Part shown: positions 1-14,625 of the stretch, piece by piece
Layout of the letters: each line of letters begins with the position of its first letter
Position numbering within the stretch: the first letter of the stretch is position 1
Assembly: GCA_965644295.1 (NCBI GenBank)
Contig: CBFFRP010000294.1
Coordinates: 1-64,000, forward strand
DNA: 64,000 nt
Origin: Paraphysomonas bandaiensis
Lineage: Eukaryota > Protista > Chrysophyceae
Direction of reading: 5' to 3'
The notes under the pieces: generated by a model
The model's database searches: none
What the model was told of the DNA's origin: nothing
Seen by the model: the letters and a program-made list of their open reading frames with translations, nothing else
Program-made: the position numbers and the translations under genes

Positions 1-3000
1 ATGTAGCTGATGCAATCAGCTTAAACACTTACATCACAAATACTCCGACGCGAAGAGATCGTAATAAGATTTGGTGAATACCCTCACACCATCGAAACAA
101 TAACGCCAAAACCTATACATAACAAGTGCGTAAATGAGCATGCCTTTACATATTTCATGTATCATAACAACATATCATTGAGGGTGCATATGTGTGGTCA
201 GACAAATTAGAATCAGCGGAAGGGTTTTTCTTCATCGAATAACTCAAGTGAAAGAAGACTTTTTTGACATCACTCTCACACATTACACGTATATCATATA
301 CAGCCATGTAGCTGATGCAATCAGCTTAAACACTTACATCACAAATACTCCGACGCGAAGAGATCGTAATAAGATTTGGTGAATACCCTCACACCATCGA
401 AACAATAACGCCAAAACCTATACATAACAAGTGCGTAAATGAGCATGCCTTTACATATTTCATGTATCATAACAACATATCATTGAGGGTGCATATGTGT
501 GGTCAGACAAATTAGAATCAGCGGAAGGGTTTTTCTTCATCGAATAACTCAAGTGAAAGAAGACTTTTTTGACATCACTCTCACACATTACACGTATATC
601 ATATACAGCCATGTAGCTGATGCAATCAGCTTAAACACTTACATCACAAATACTCCGACGCGAAGAGATCGTAATAAGATTTGGTGAATACCCTCACACC
701 ATCGAAACAATAACGCCAAAACCTATACATAACAAGTGCGTAAATGAGCATGCCTTTACATATTTCATGTATCATAACAACATATCATTGAGGGTGCATA
801 TGTGTGGTCAGACAAATTAGAATCAGCGGAAGGGTTTTTCTTCATCGAATAACTCAAGTGAAAGAAGACTTTTTTGACATCACTCTCACACATTACACGT
901 ATATCATATACAGCCATGTAGCTGATGCAATCAGCTTAAACACTTACATCACAAATACTCCGACGCGAAGAGATCGTAATAAGATTTGGTGAATACCCTC
1001 ACACCATCGAAACAATAACGCCAAAACCTATACATAACAAGTGCGTAAATGAGCATGCCTTTACATATTTCATGTATCATAACAACATATCATTGAGGGT
1101 GCATATGTGTGGTCAGACAAATTAGAATCAGCGGAAGGGTTTTTCTTCATCGAATAACTCAAGTGAAAGAAGACTTTTTTGACATCACTCTCACACATTA
1201 CACGTATATCATATACAGCCATGTAGCTGATGCAATCAGCTTAAACACTTACATCACAAATACTCCGACGCGAAGAGATCGTAATAAGATTTGGTGAATA
1301 CCCTCACACCATCGAAACAATAACGCCAAAACCTATACATAACAAGTGCGTAAATGAGCATGCCTTTACATATTTCATGTATCATAACAACATATCATTG
1401 AGGGTGCATATGTGTGGTCAGACAAATTAGAATCAGCGGAAGGGTTTTTCTTCATCGAATAACTCAAGTGAAAGAAGACTTTTTTGACATCACTCTCACA
1501 CATTACACGTATATCATATACAGCCATGTAGCTGATGCAATCAGCTTAAACACTTACATCACAAATACTCCGACGCGAAGAGATCGTAATAAGATTTGGT
1601 GAATACCCTCACACCATCGAAACAATAACGCCAAAACCTATACATAACAAGTGCGTAAATGAGCATGCCTTTACATATTTCATGTATCATAACAACATAT
1701 CATTGAGGGTGCATATGTGTGGTCAGACAAATTAGAATCAGCGGAAGGGTTTTTCTTCATCGAATAACTCAAGTGAAAGAAGACTTTTTTGACATCACTC
1801 TCACACATTACACGTATATCATATACAGCCATGTAGCTGATGCAATCAGCTTAAACACTTACATCACAAATACTCCGACGCGAAGAGATCGTAATAAGAT
1901 TTGGTGAATACCCTCACACCATCGAAACAATAACGCCAAAACCTATACATAACAAGTGCGTAAATGAGCATGCCTTTACATATTTCATGTATCATAACAA
2001 CATATCATTGAGGGTGCATATGTGTGGTCAGACAAATTAGAATCAGCGGAAGGGTTTTTCTTCATCGAATAACTCAAGTGAAAGAAGACTTTTTTGACAT
2101 CACTCTCACACATTACACGTATATCATATACAGCCATGTAGCTGATGCAATCAGCTTAAACACTTACATCACAAATACTCCGACGCGAAGAGATCGTAAT
2201 AAGATTTGGTGAATACCCTCACACCATCGAAACAATAACGCCAAAACCTATACATAACAAGTGCGTAAATGAGCATGCCTTTACATATTTCATGTATCAT
2301 AACAACATATCATTGAGGGTGCATATGTGTGGTCAGACAAATTAGAATCAGCGGAAGGGTTTTTCTTCATCGAATAACTCAAGTGAAAGAAGACTTTTTT
2401 GACATCACTCTCACACATTACACGTATATCATATACAGCCATGTAGCTGATGCAATCAGCTTAAACACTTACATCACAAATACTCCGACGCGAAGAGATC
2501 GTAATAAGATTTGGTGAATACCCTCACACCATCGAAACAATAACGCCAAAACCTAGACATAACAAGTGCGTAAATGAGCATGCCTTTACATATTTCATGT
2601 ATCATAACAACATATCATTGAGGGTGCATATGTGTGGTCAGACAAATTAGAATCAGCGGAAGGGTTTTTCTTCATCGAATAACTCAAGTGAAAGAAGACT
2701 TTTTTGACATCACTCTCACACATTACACGTATATCATATACAGCCATGTAGCTGATGCAATCAGCTTAAACACTTACATCACAAATACTCCGACGCGAAG
2801 AGATCGTAATAAGATTTGGTGAATACCCTCACACCATCGAAACAATAACGCCAAAACCTATACATAACAAGTGCGTAAATGAGCATGCCTTTACATATTT
2901 CATGTATCATAACAACATATCATTGAGGGTGCATATGTGTGGTCAGACAAATTAGAATCAGCGGAAGGGTTTTTCTTCATCGAATAACTCAAGTGAAAGA

Positions 3001-6000
3001 AGACTTTTTTGACATCACTCTCACACATTACACGTATATCATATACAGCCATGTAGCTGATGCAATCAGCTTAAACACTTACATCACAAATACTCCGACG
3101 CGAAGAGATCGTAATAAGATTTGGTGAATACCCTCACACCATCGAAACAATAACGCCAAAACCTAGACATAACAAGTGCGTAAATGAGCATGCCTTTACA
3201 TATTTCATGTATCATAACAACATATCATTGAGGGTGCATATGTGTGGTCAGACAAATTAGAATCAGCGGAAGGGTTTTTCTTCATCGAATAACTCAAGTG
3301 AAAGAAGACTTTTTTGACATCACTCTCACACATTACACGTATATCATATACAGCCATGTAGCTGATGCAATCAGCTTAAACACTTACATCACAAATACTC
3401 CGACGCGAAGAGATCGTAATAAGATTTGGTGAATACCCTCACACCATCGAAACAATAACGCCAAAACCTATACATAACAAGTGCGTAAATGAGCATGCCT
3501 TTACATATTTCATGTATCATAACAACATATCATTGAGGGTGCATATGTGTGGTCAGACAAATTAGAATCAGCGGAAGGGTTTTTCTTCATCGAATAACTC
3601 AAGTGAAAGAAGACTTTTTTGACATCACTCTCACACATTACACGTATATCATATACAGCCATGTAGCTGATGCAATCAGCTTAAACACTTACATCACAAA
3701 TACTCCGACGCGAAGAGATCGTAATAAGATTTGGTGAATACCCTCACACCATCGAAACAATAACGCCAAAACCTAGACATAACAAGTGCGTAAATGAGCA
3801 TGCCTTTACATATTTCATGTATCATAACAACATATCATTGAGGGTGCATATGTGTGGTCAGACAAATTAGAATCAGCGGAAGGGTTTTTCTTCATCGAAT
3901 AACTCAAGTGAAAGAAGACTTTTTTGACATCACTCTCACACATTACACGTATATCATATACAGCCATGTAGCTGATGCAATCAGCTTAAACACTTACATC
4001 ACAAATACTCCGACGCGAAGAGATCGTAATAAGATTTGGTGAATACCCTCACACCATCGAAACAATAACGCCAAAACCTATACATAACAAGTGCGTAAAT
4101 GAGCATGCCTTTACATATTTCATGTATCATAACAACATATCATTGAGGGTGCATATGTGTGGTCAGACAAATTAGAATCAGCGGAAGGGTTTTTCTTCAT
4201 CGAATAACTCAAGTGAAAGAAGACTTTTTTGACATCACTCTCACACATTACACGTATATCATATACAGCCATGTAGCTGATGCAATCAGCTTAAACACTT
4301 ACATCACAAATACTCCGACGCGAAGAGATCGTAATAAGATTTGGTGAATACCCTCACACCATCGAAACAATAACGCCAAAACCTAGACATAACAAGTGCG
4401 TAAATGAGCATGCCTTTACATATTTCATGTATCATAACAACATATCATTGAGGGTGCATATGTGTGGTCAGACAAATTAGAATCAGCGGAAGGGTTTTTC
4501 TTCATCGAATAACTCAAGTGAAAGAAGACTTTTTTGACATCACTCTCACACATTACACGTATATCATATACAGCCATGTAGCTGATGCAATCAGCTTAAA
4601 CACTTACATCACAAATACTCCGACGCGAAGAGATCGTAATAAGATTTGGTGAATACCCTCACACCATCGAAACAATAACGCCAAAACCTATACATAACAA
4701 GTGCGTAAATGAGCATGCCTTTACATATTTCATGTATCATAACAACATATCATTGAGGGTGCATATGTGTGGTCAGACAAATTAGAATCAGCGGAAGGGT
4801 TTTTCTTCATCGAATAACTCAAGTGAAAGAAGACTTTTTTGACATCACTCTCACACATTACACGTATATCATATACAGCCATGTAGCTGATGCAATCAGC
4901 TTAAACACTTACATCACAAATACTCCGACGCGAAGAGATCGTAATAAGATTTGGTGAATACCCTCACACCATCGAAACAATAACGCCAAAACCTATACAT
5001 AACAAGTGCGTAAATGAGCATGCCTTTACATATTTCATGTATCATAACAACATATCATTGAGGGTGCATATGTGTGGTCAGACAAATTAGAATCAGCGGA
5101 AGGGTTTTTCTTCATCGAATAACTCAAGTGAAAGAAGACTTTTTTGACATCACTCTCACACATTACACGTATATCATATACAGCCATGTAGCTGATGCAA
5201 TCAGCTTAAACACTTACATCACAAATACTCCGACGCGAAGAGATCGTAATAAGATTTGGTGAATACCCTCACACCATCGAAACAATAACGCCAAAACCTA
5301 TACATAACAAGTGCGTAAATGAGCATGCCTTTACATATTTCATGTATCATAACAACATATCATTGAGGGTGCATATGTGTGGTCAGACAAATTAGAATCA
5401 GCGGAAGGGTTTTTCTTCATCGAATAACTCAAGTGAAAGAAGACTTTTTTGACATCACTCTCACACATTACACGTATATCATATACAGCCATGTAGCTGA
5501 TGCAATCAGCTTAAACACTTACATCACAAATACTCCGACGCGAAGAGATCGTAATAAGATTTGGTGAATACCCTCACACCATCGAAACAATAACGCCAAA
5601 ACCTATACATAACAAGTGCGTAAATGAGCATGCCTTTACATATTTCATGTATCATAACAACATATCATTGAGGGTGCATATGTGTGGTCAGACAAATTAG
5701 AATCAGCGGAAGGGTTTTTCTTCATCGAATAACTCAAGTGAAAGAAGACTTTTTTGACATCACTCTCACACATTACACGTATATCATATACAGCCATGTA
5801 GCTGATGCAATCAGCTTAAACACTTACATCACAAATACTCCGACGCGAAGAGATCGTAATAAGATTTGGTGAATACCCTCACACCATCGAAACAATAACG
5901 CCAAAACCTATACATAACAAGTGCGTAAATGAGCATGCCTTTACATATTTCATGTATCATAACAACATATCATTGAGGGTGCATATGTGTGGTCAGACAA

Positions 6001-9000
6001 ATTAGAATCAGCGGAAGGGTTTTTCTTCATCGAATAACTCAAGTGAAAGAAGACTTTTTTGACATCACTCTCACACATTACACGTATATCATATACAGCC
6101 ATGTAGCTGATGCAATCAGCTTAAACACTTACATCACAAATACTCCGACGCGAAGAGATCGTAATAAGATTTGGTGAATACCCTCACACCATCGAAACAA
6201 TAACGCCAAAACCTATACATAACAAGTGCGTAAATGAGCATGCCTTTACATATTTCATGTATCATAACAACATATCATTGAGGGTGCATATGTGTGGTCA
6301 GACAAATTAGAATCAGCGGAAGGGTTTTTCTTCATCGAATAACTCAAGTGAAAGAAGACTTTTTTGACATCACTCTCACACATTACACGTATATCATATA
6401 CAGCCATGTAGCTGATGCAATCAGCTTAAACACTTACATCACAAATACTCCGACGCGAAGAGATCGTAATAAGATTTGGTGAATACCCTCACACCATCGA
6501 AACAATAACGCCAAAACCTATACATAACAAGTGCGTAAATGAGCATGCCTTTACATATTTCATGTATCATAACAACATATCATTGAGGGTGCATATGTGT
6601 GGTCAGACAAATTAGAATCAGCGGAAGGGTTTTTCTTCATCGAATAACTCAAGTGAAAGAAGACTTTTTGACATCACTCTCACACATTACACGTATATCA
6701 TATACAGCCATGTAGCTGATGCAATCAGCTTAAACACTTACATCACAAATACTCCGACGCGAAGAGATCGTAATAAGATTTGGTGAATACCCTCACACCA
6801 TCGAAACAATAACGCCAAAACCTATACATAACAAGTGCGTAAATGAGCATGCCTTTACATATTTCATGTATCATAACAACATATCATTGAGGGTGCATAT
6901 GTGTGGTCAGACAAATTAGAATCAGCGGAAGGGTTTTTCTTCATCGAATAACTCAAGTGAAAGAAGACTTTTTTGACATCACTCTCACACATTACACGTA
7001 TATCATATACAGCCATGTAGCTGATGCAATCAGCTTAAACACTTACATCACAAATACTCCGACGCGAAGAGATCGTAATAAGATTTGGTGAATACCCTCA
7101 CACCATCGAAACAATAACGCCAAAACCTATACATAACAAGTGCGTAAATGAGCATGCCTTTACATATTTCATGTATCATAACAACATATCATTGAGGGTG
7201 CATATGTGTGGTCAGACAAATTAGAATCAGCGGAAGGGTTTTTCTTCATCGAATAACTCAAGTGAAAGAAGACTTTTTTGACATCACTCTCACACATTAC
7301 ACGTATATCATATACAGCCATGTAGCTGATGCAATCAGCTTAAACACTTACATCACAAATACTCCGACGCGAAGAGATCGTAATAAGATTTGGTGAATAC
7401 CCTCACACCATCGAAACAATAACGCCAAAACCTATACATAACAAGTGCGTAAATGAGCATGCCTTTACATATTTCATGTATCATAACAACATATCATTGA
7501 GGGTGCATATGTGTGGTCAGACAAATTAGAATCAGCGGAAGGGTTTTTCTTCATCGAATAACTCAAGTGAAAGAAGACTTTTTTGACATCACTCTCACAC
7601 ATTACACGTATATCATATACAGCCATGTAGCTGATGCAATCAGCTTAAACACTTACATCACAAATACTCCGACGCGAAGAGATCGTAATAAGATTTGGTG
7701 AATACCCTCACACCATCGAAACAATAACGCCAAAACCTATACATAACAAGTGCGTAAATGAGCATGCCTTTACATATTTCATGTATCATAACAACATATC
7801 ATTGAGGGTGCATATGTGTGGTCAGACAAATTAGAATCAGCGGAAGGGTTTTTCTTCATCGAATAACTCAAGTGAAAGAAGACTTTTTTGACATCACTCT
7901 CACACATTACACGTATATCATATACAGCCATGTAGCTGATGCAATCAGCTTAAACACTTACATCACAAATACTCCGACGCGAAGAGATCGTAATAAGATT
8001 TGGTGAATACCCTCACACCATCGAAATAATAACGCCAAAACCTATACATAACAAGTGCGTAAATGAGCATGCCTTTACATATTTCATGTATCATAACAAC
8101 ATATCATTGAGGGTGCATATGTGTGGTCAGACAAATTAGAATCAGCGGAAGGGTTTTTCTTCATCGAATAACTCAAGTGAAAGAAGACTTTTTTGACATC
8201 ACTCTCACACATTACACGTATATCATATACAGCCATGTAGCTGATGCAATCAGCTTAAACACTTACATCACAAATACTCCGACGCGAAGAGATCGTAATA
8301 AGATTTGGTGAATACCCTCACACCATCGAAACAATAACGCCAAAACCTATACATAACAAGTGCGTAAATGAGCATGCCTTTACATATTTCATGTATCATA
8401 ACAACATATCATTGAGGGTGCATATGTGTGGTCAGACAAATTAGAATCAGCGGAAGGGTTTTTCTTCATCGAATAACTCAAGTGAAAGAAGACTTTTTTG
8501 ACATCACTCTCACACATTACACGTATATCATATACAGCCATGTAGCTGATGCAATCAGCTTAAACACTTACATCACAAATACTCCGACGCGAAGAGATCG
8601 TAATAAGATTTGGTGAATACCCTCACACCATCGAAACAATAACGCCAAAACCTATACATAACAAGTGCGTAAATGAGCATGCCTTTACATATTTCATGTA
8701 TCATAACAACATATCATTGAGGGTGCATATGTGTGGTCAGACAAATTAGAATCAGCGGAAGGGTTTTTCTTCATCGAATAACTCAAGTGAAAGAAGACTT
8801 TTTTGACATCACTCTCACACATTACACGTATATCATATACAGCCATGTAGCTGATGCAATCAGCTTAAACACTTACATCACAAATACTCCGACGCGAAGA
8901 GATCGTAATAAGATTTGGTGAATACCCTCACACCATCGAAACAATAACGCCAAAACCTATACATAACAAGTGCGTAAATGAGCATGCCTTTACATATTTC

Positions 9001-12000
9001 ATGTATCATAACAACATATCATTGAGGGTGCATATGTGTGGTCAGACAAATTAGAATCAGCGGAAGGGTTTTTCTTCATCGAATAACTCAAGTGAAAGAA
9101 GACTTTTTTGACATCACTCTCACACATTACACGTATATCATATACAGCCATGTAGCTGATGCAATCAGCTTAAACACTTACATCACAAATACTCCGACGC
9201 GAAGAGATCGTAATAAGATTTGGTGAATACCCTCACACCATCGAAACAATAACGCCAAAACCTATACATAACAAGTGCGTAAATGAGCATGCCTTTACAT
9301 ATTTCATGTATCATAACAACATATCATTGAGGGTGCATATGTGTGGTCAGACAAATTAGAATCAGCGGAAGGGTTTTTCTTCATCGAATAACTCAAGTGA
9401 AAGAAGACTTTTTTGACATCACTCTCACACATTACACGTATATCATATACAGCCATGTAGCTGATGCAATCAGCTTAAACACTTACATCACAAATACTCC
9501 GACGCGAAGAGATCGTAATAAGATTTGGTGAATACCCTCACACCATCGAAACAATAACGCCAAAACCTATACATAACAAGTGCGTAAATGAGCATGCCTT
9601 TACATATTTCATGTATCATAACAACATATCATTGAGGGTGCATATGTGTGGTCAGACAAATTAGAATCAGCGGAAGGGTTTTTCTTCATCGAATAACTCA
9701 AGTGAAAGAAGACTTTTTTGACATCACTCTCACACATTACACGTATATCATATACAGCCATGTAGCTGATGCAATCAGCTTAAACACTTACATCACAAAT
9801 ACTCCGACGCGAAGAGATCGTAATAAGATTTGGTGAATACCCTCACACCATCGAAACAATAACGCCAAAACCTATACATAACAAGTGCGTAAATGAGCAT
9901 GCCTTTACATATTTCATGTATCATAACAACATATCATTGAGGGTGCATATGTGTGGTCAGACAAATTAGAATCAGCGGAAGGGTTTTTCTTCATCGAATA
10001 ACTCAAGTGAAAGAAGACTTTTTGACATCACTCTCACACATTACACGTATATCATATACAGCCATGTAGCTGATGCAATCAGCTTAAACACTTACATCAC
10101 AAATACTCCGACGCGAAGAGATCGTAATAAGATTTGGTGAATACCCTCACACCATCGAAACAATAACGCCAAAACCTATACATAACAAGTGCGTAAATGA
10201 GCATGCCTTTACATATTTCATGTATCATAACAACATATCATTGAGGGTGCATATGTGTGGTCAGACAAATTAGAATCAGCGGAAGGGTTTTTCTTCATCG
10301 AATAACTCAAGTGAAAGAAGACTTTTTTGACATCACTCTCACACATTACACGTATATCATATACAGCCATGTAGCTGATGCAATCAGCTTAAACACTTAC
10401 ATCACAAATACTCCGACGCGAAGAGATCGTAATAAGATTTGGTGAATACCCTCACACCATCGAAACAATAACGCCAAAACCTATACATAACAAGTGCGTA
10501 AATGAGCATGCCTTTACATATTTCATGTATCATAACAACATATCATTGAGGGTGCATATGTGTGGTCAGACAAATTAGAATCAGCGGAAGGGTTTTTCTT
10601 CATCGAATAACTCAAGTGAAAGAAGACTTTTTTGACATCACTCTCACACATTACACGTATATCATATACAGCCATGTAGCTGATGCAATCAGCTTAAACA
10701 CTTACATCACAAATACTCCGACGCGAAGAGATCGTAATAAGATTTGGTGAATACCCTCACACCATCGAAACAATAACGCCAAAACCTATACATAACAAGT
10801 GCGTAAATGAGCATGCCTTTACATATTTCATGTATCATAACAACATATCATTGAGGGTGCATATGTGTGGTCAGACAAATTAGAATCAGCGGAAGGGTTT
10901 TTCTTCATCGAATAACTCAAGTGAAAGAAGACTTTTTTGACATCACTCTCACACATTACACGTATATCATATACAGCCATGTAGCTGATGCAATCAGCTT
11001 AAACACTTACATCACAAATACTCCGACGCGAAGAGATCGTAATAAGATTTGGTGAATACCCTCACACCATCGAAACAATAACGCCAAAACCTATACATAA
11101 CAAGTGCGTAAATGAGCATGCCTTTACATATTTCATGTATCATAACAACATATCATTGAGGGTGCATATGTGTGGTCAGACAAATTAGAATCAGCGGAAG
11201 GGTTTTTCTTCATCGAATAACTCAAGTGAAAGAAGACTTTTTTGACATCACTCTCACACATTACACGTATATCATATACAGCCATGTAGCTGATGCAATC
11301 AGCTTAAACACTTACATCACAAATACTCCGACGCGAAGAGATCGTAATAAGATTTGGTGAATACCCTCGCACCATCGAAACAACAACCCCAAAATCTATA
11401 CATAACAAGTGCGTAAATGAGCATGCCTTTACATATTTCATGTATCATAACAACATATCATTGAGGGTGCATATGTGTGGTCAGACAAATTAGAATCAGC
11501 GGAAGGGTTTTTCTTCATCGAATAACTCAAGTGAAAGAAGACTTTTTTGACATCACTCTCACACATTACACGTATATCATATACAGCCATGTAGCTGATG
11601 CAATCAGCTTAAACACTTACATCACAAATACTCCGACGCGAAGAGATCGTAATAAGATTTGGTGAATACCCTCACACCATCGAAACAATAACGCCAAAAC
11701 CTATACATAACAAGTGCGTAAATGAGCATGCCTTTACATATTTCATGTATCATAACAACATATCATTGAGGGTGCATATGTGTGGTCAGACAAATTAGAA
11801 TCAGCGGAAGGGTTTTTCTTCATCGAATAACTCAAGTGAAAGAAGACTTTTTTGACATCACTCTCACACATTACACGTATATCATATACAGCCATGTAGC
11901 TGATGCAATCAGCTTAAACACTTACATCACAAATACTCCGACGCGAAGAGATCGTAATAAGATTTGGTGAATACCCTCACACCATCGAAACAATAACGCC

Positions 12001-12783
12001 AAAACCTATACATAACAAGTGCGTAAATGAGCATGCCTTTACATATTTCATGTATCATAACAACATATCATTGAGGGTGCATATGTGTGGTCAGACAAAT
12101 TAGAATCAGCGGAAGGGTTTTTCTTCATCGAATAACTCAAGTGAAAGAAGACTTTTTTGACATCACTCTCACACATTACACGTATATCATATACAGCCAT
12201 GTAGCTGATGCAATCAGCTTAAACACTTACATCACAAATACTCCGACGCGAAGAGATCGTAATATAATTTAAGGAATACCCTCACACCATTGAAACAATA
12301 ACGCCAAAACCTATACATAACAAGTGCGTAAATGAGCATTCCTTTACATATTTCATGTATCATAACAACATATCATTGAGGGTGCATATGTGTGGTCAGA
12401 CAAATTAGAATCAGCGGAAGGGTTTTTCTTCATCGAATAACTCAAGTGAAAGAAGACTTTTTTGACATCACTCTCACACATTACACGTATATCATATACA
12501 GCCATGTAGCTGATGCAATCAGCTTAAACACTTACATCACAAATACTCCGACGCGAAGAGATCGTAATAAGATTTGGTGAATACCCTCACATCATCGAAA
12601 CAATAACGCCAAAACCTATACATAACAAGTGCGTAAATGAGCATGCCTTTACATATTTCATGTATCATAACAACATATCATTGAGGGTGCATATGTGTGG
12701 TCAGCTTAAACACTTACATCACAAATACTTCAATGCGAAGAGATCGTAATATAATTTAGGGAATACCCTCACACCATTGAAAC
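1..12783. repeat. 305-bp tandem satellite array (~42 units, continues beyond the left edge of the window)
   Basis: The unit ATGTAGCTGATGCAATCAGC...CATATACAGCC recurs with a 305-bp period; the identical GTG-start ORFs at 194, 499, 804... mark the period. Two units have a 1-nt T deletion (~6665, ~10020). The last unit (12705-12783) is partial and diverged. Confidence 0.99.
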
Positions 12784-12924
12784 TCTAAGGTATAGAAGAA
12801 TTGCATTGTCAGTATGTTATTTGTTCCATGAGACGAGTGATCTATGCATCATGTGGATATAGCTAACCATGCATTTACAGAAGTGTACTGTACATTCGAA
12901 AATGTACATAGATGTACATATACC

Positions 12925-13185
12925 GCCGTATACATACATACCTACACTCGTACCTACCTACCTGCAGTCATATAGACGTACAGTACATACATACATACAT
13001 ACGTACATACATACATACATACTGTACATACATACCTACATACATACATACATACAGTACATACATACATACATACATACGTACATACATACATACATAC
13101 TGTACATACATACCTACATACATACATACATACATACATACATACACAGATATTGATACTCTATACATACGTATACAGACATACT
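12925..13185. repeat. (TACA)n compound microsatellite
   Basis: Runs of TACA/CATA interrupted by GTAC and CCTA variants, lying between the satellite and the first gene. Confidence 0.95.
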
Positions 13186-13329
13186 GCTATACAGTTTTTG
13201 TGTACCTCTTAGACAACTCGCTCTAGAACTGGAAGGTGGTAATGTGCAACTCTAAAGGCATGTAGAGGGTGCTCATAGTGTCTATTTGCCCTGAATAGTT
13301 CTTAACTACAATAACAAGTATTACCTGTA

Positions 13330-14625
13330 ATGAGGTTATCTGTATCATTACTTAAAATTGTGTTTTGTGTATGCGTGACTGCTCTGTGCAAATCTGCTAT
13401 AGTTGATCTGGATGACGATTCATTTCAAACAGCTCTTGATAGCAGCAATAGTTTGTGGTTATTATACTTCTATGCTGTAAGTAGATGAATTACTATTGAT
13501 TGATGTAATCATGTGATGTAGCCCTGGTGCGGACATTGCAAGAAAGTTGGCCCTATATTAGAAGATGTGGCTGCTACATTTTCAACCAATCTGACTCTGG
13601 GAAAGATAGATGCAACAGTTGCTAAGCAAATAGCTTTAGAACATGATATCAACACGTTCCCCACAATCAAATACTTTAAGCAGGGAAAATATGGATTGTA
13701 TAACGGAGACAGAAATTATAATGATATTGTTGCTTTTGTGAACCGAGTTCACGGTAGGTGCTCATGATCTATCATCTGGTTTCATACGTCCTCTTACTTA
13801 AGTGTAGATATATCAGTGGAAAAGATTGATTCAGAGTCAGAGCTTGAAGCCCACCTTCATCAAACTGGTTTACTGTTTTTACTGACCGTTGATACTGAAA
13901 GTACCGCGGGGTCTACTGTTCTCAAGACCTTCACAGCCGTTGCTGAGCACCTGAAATTGCAAGCCAACTTCGCCTATATACATCGCACTGGATCACAGCC
14001 GACAATAGAAAAGCTGGAGGCGCATAGAAAGGCGCTTCTGATCCCACTTGATGTCGAGAGTTCCGTGATCGACGAGAATGACATGATTGCACTCATTGAA
14101 CATCACAACCACCTCCTTGTTAATCCTATCGACAAATCAAACTTCCGCCGCTTAGGACGCACTGGAAAGCCGCTAATTATCGCAGTTGTAGATTATGCAA
14201 AGGAACTTGAAACCGAAGAGGTAATATACAAACTAGATGCAGCCGCATCAGAGGTGCCCAACGAGCAAGCCCATCAACACATATTCGGTCACATGGATGG
14301 GCGCAGATGGGCGCATTACCTCACTCAGAAGTTCACCAAGGCCAAACCACCTTATATACTAGTATTCGATCTCTCTGTAAATGGGTATTATGTGGAAAAG
14401 AATTGCTCTACAGAGGCGATTGAAAAAGTTGTACAGGGCGCTGTCTCGAAGGAATTGGACTTCAGTGTGGTGGAGTCACCGGATATGACATTCACTGACA
14501 GAGTTGTCAAGAAATTTAATCGCTATTACCCATGGTCTCTTATTTTATGCATCTCTCCCGGTGTTATGTTGTTATTGTCATACTTATTTCCTCACCCTGG
14601 CTCAAAGAAAAGAAAACATGCGTAA
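13330..14625 (+). CDS. TMX3/PDI-like ER membrane thioredoxin-domain protein (3 exons)
   Basis: Signal peptide MRLSVSLLKIVF. Introns 13477-13521 and 13754-13808 (GT..AG); splicing the first gives FYA|PWCGHC. C-terminal TM helix followed by KKRKHA (KxKxx ER-retrieval motif). Confidence 0.9.

Noticed and set aside
194-12580. Many identical 62-aa ORFs as a tandem gene array
   Set aside because: GTG starts in a eukaryote, no recognisable domain, and broken by 1-nt deletions in two units; a by-product of the satellite.
1-12783. CRISPR array, 5S rDNA, tRNA or spliced-leader array
   Set aside because: No variable spacers. Apart from a short ATACAGCCAT there is no 5S-like sequence, no A/B/C boxes and no cloverleaf. 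An Rfam scan would settle it.
12869-13226. YIHT/MYVC-repeat ORFs (similar ones at 35514-36047, 57849-58320, 60834-61570)
   Set aside because: Translations of TACA/TATG microsatellites and intronic minisatellites.
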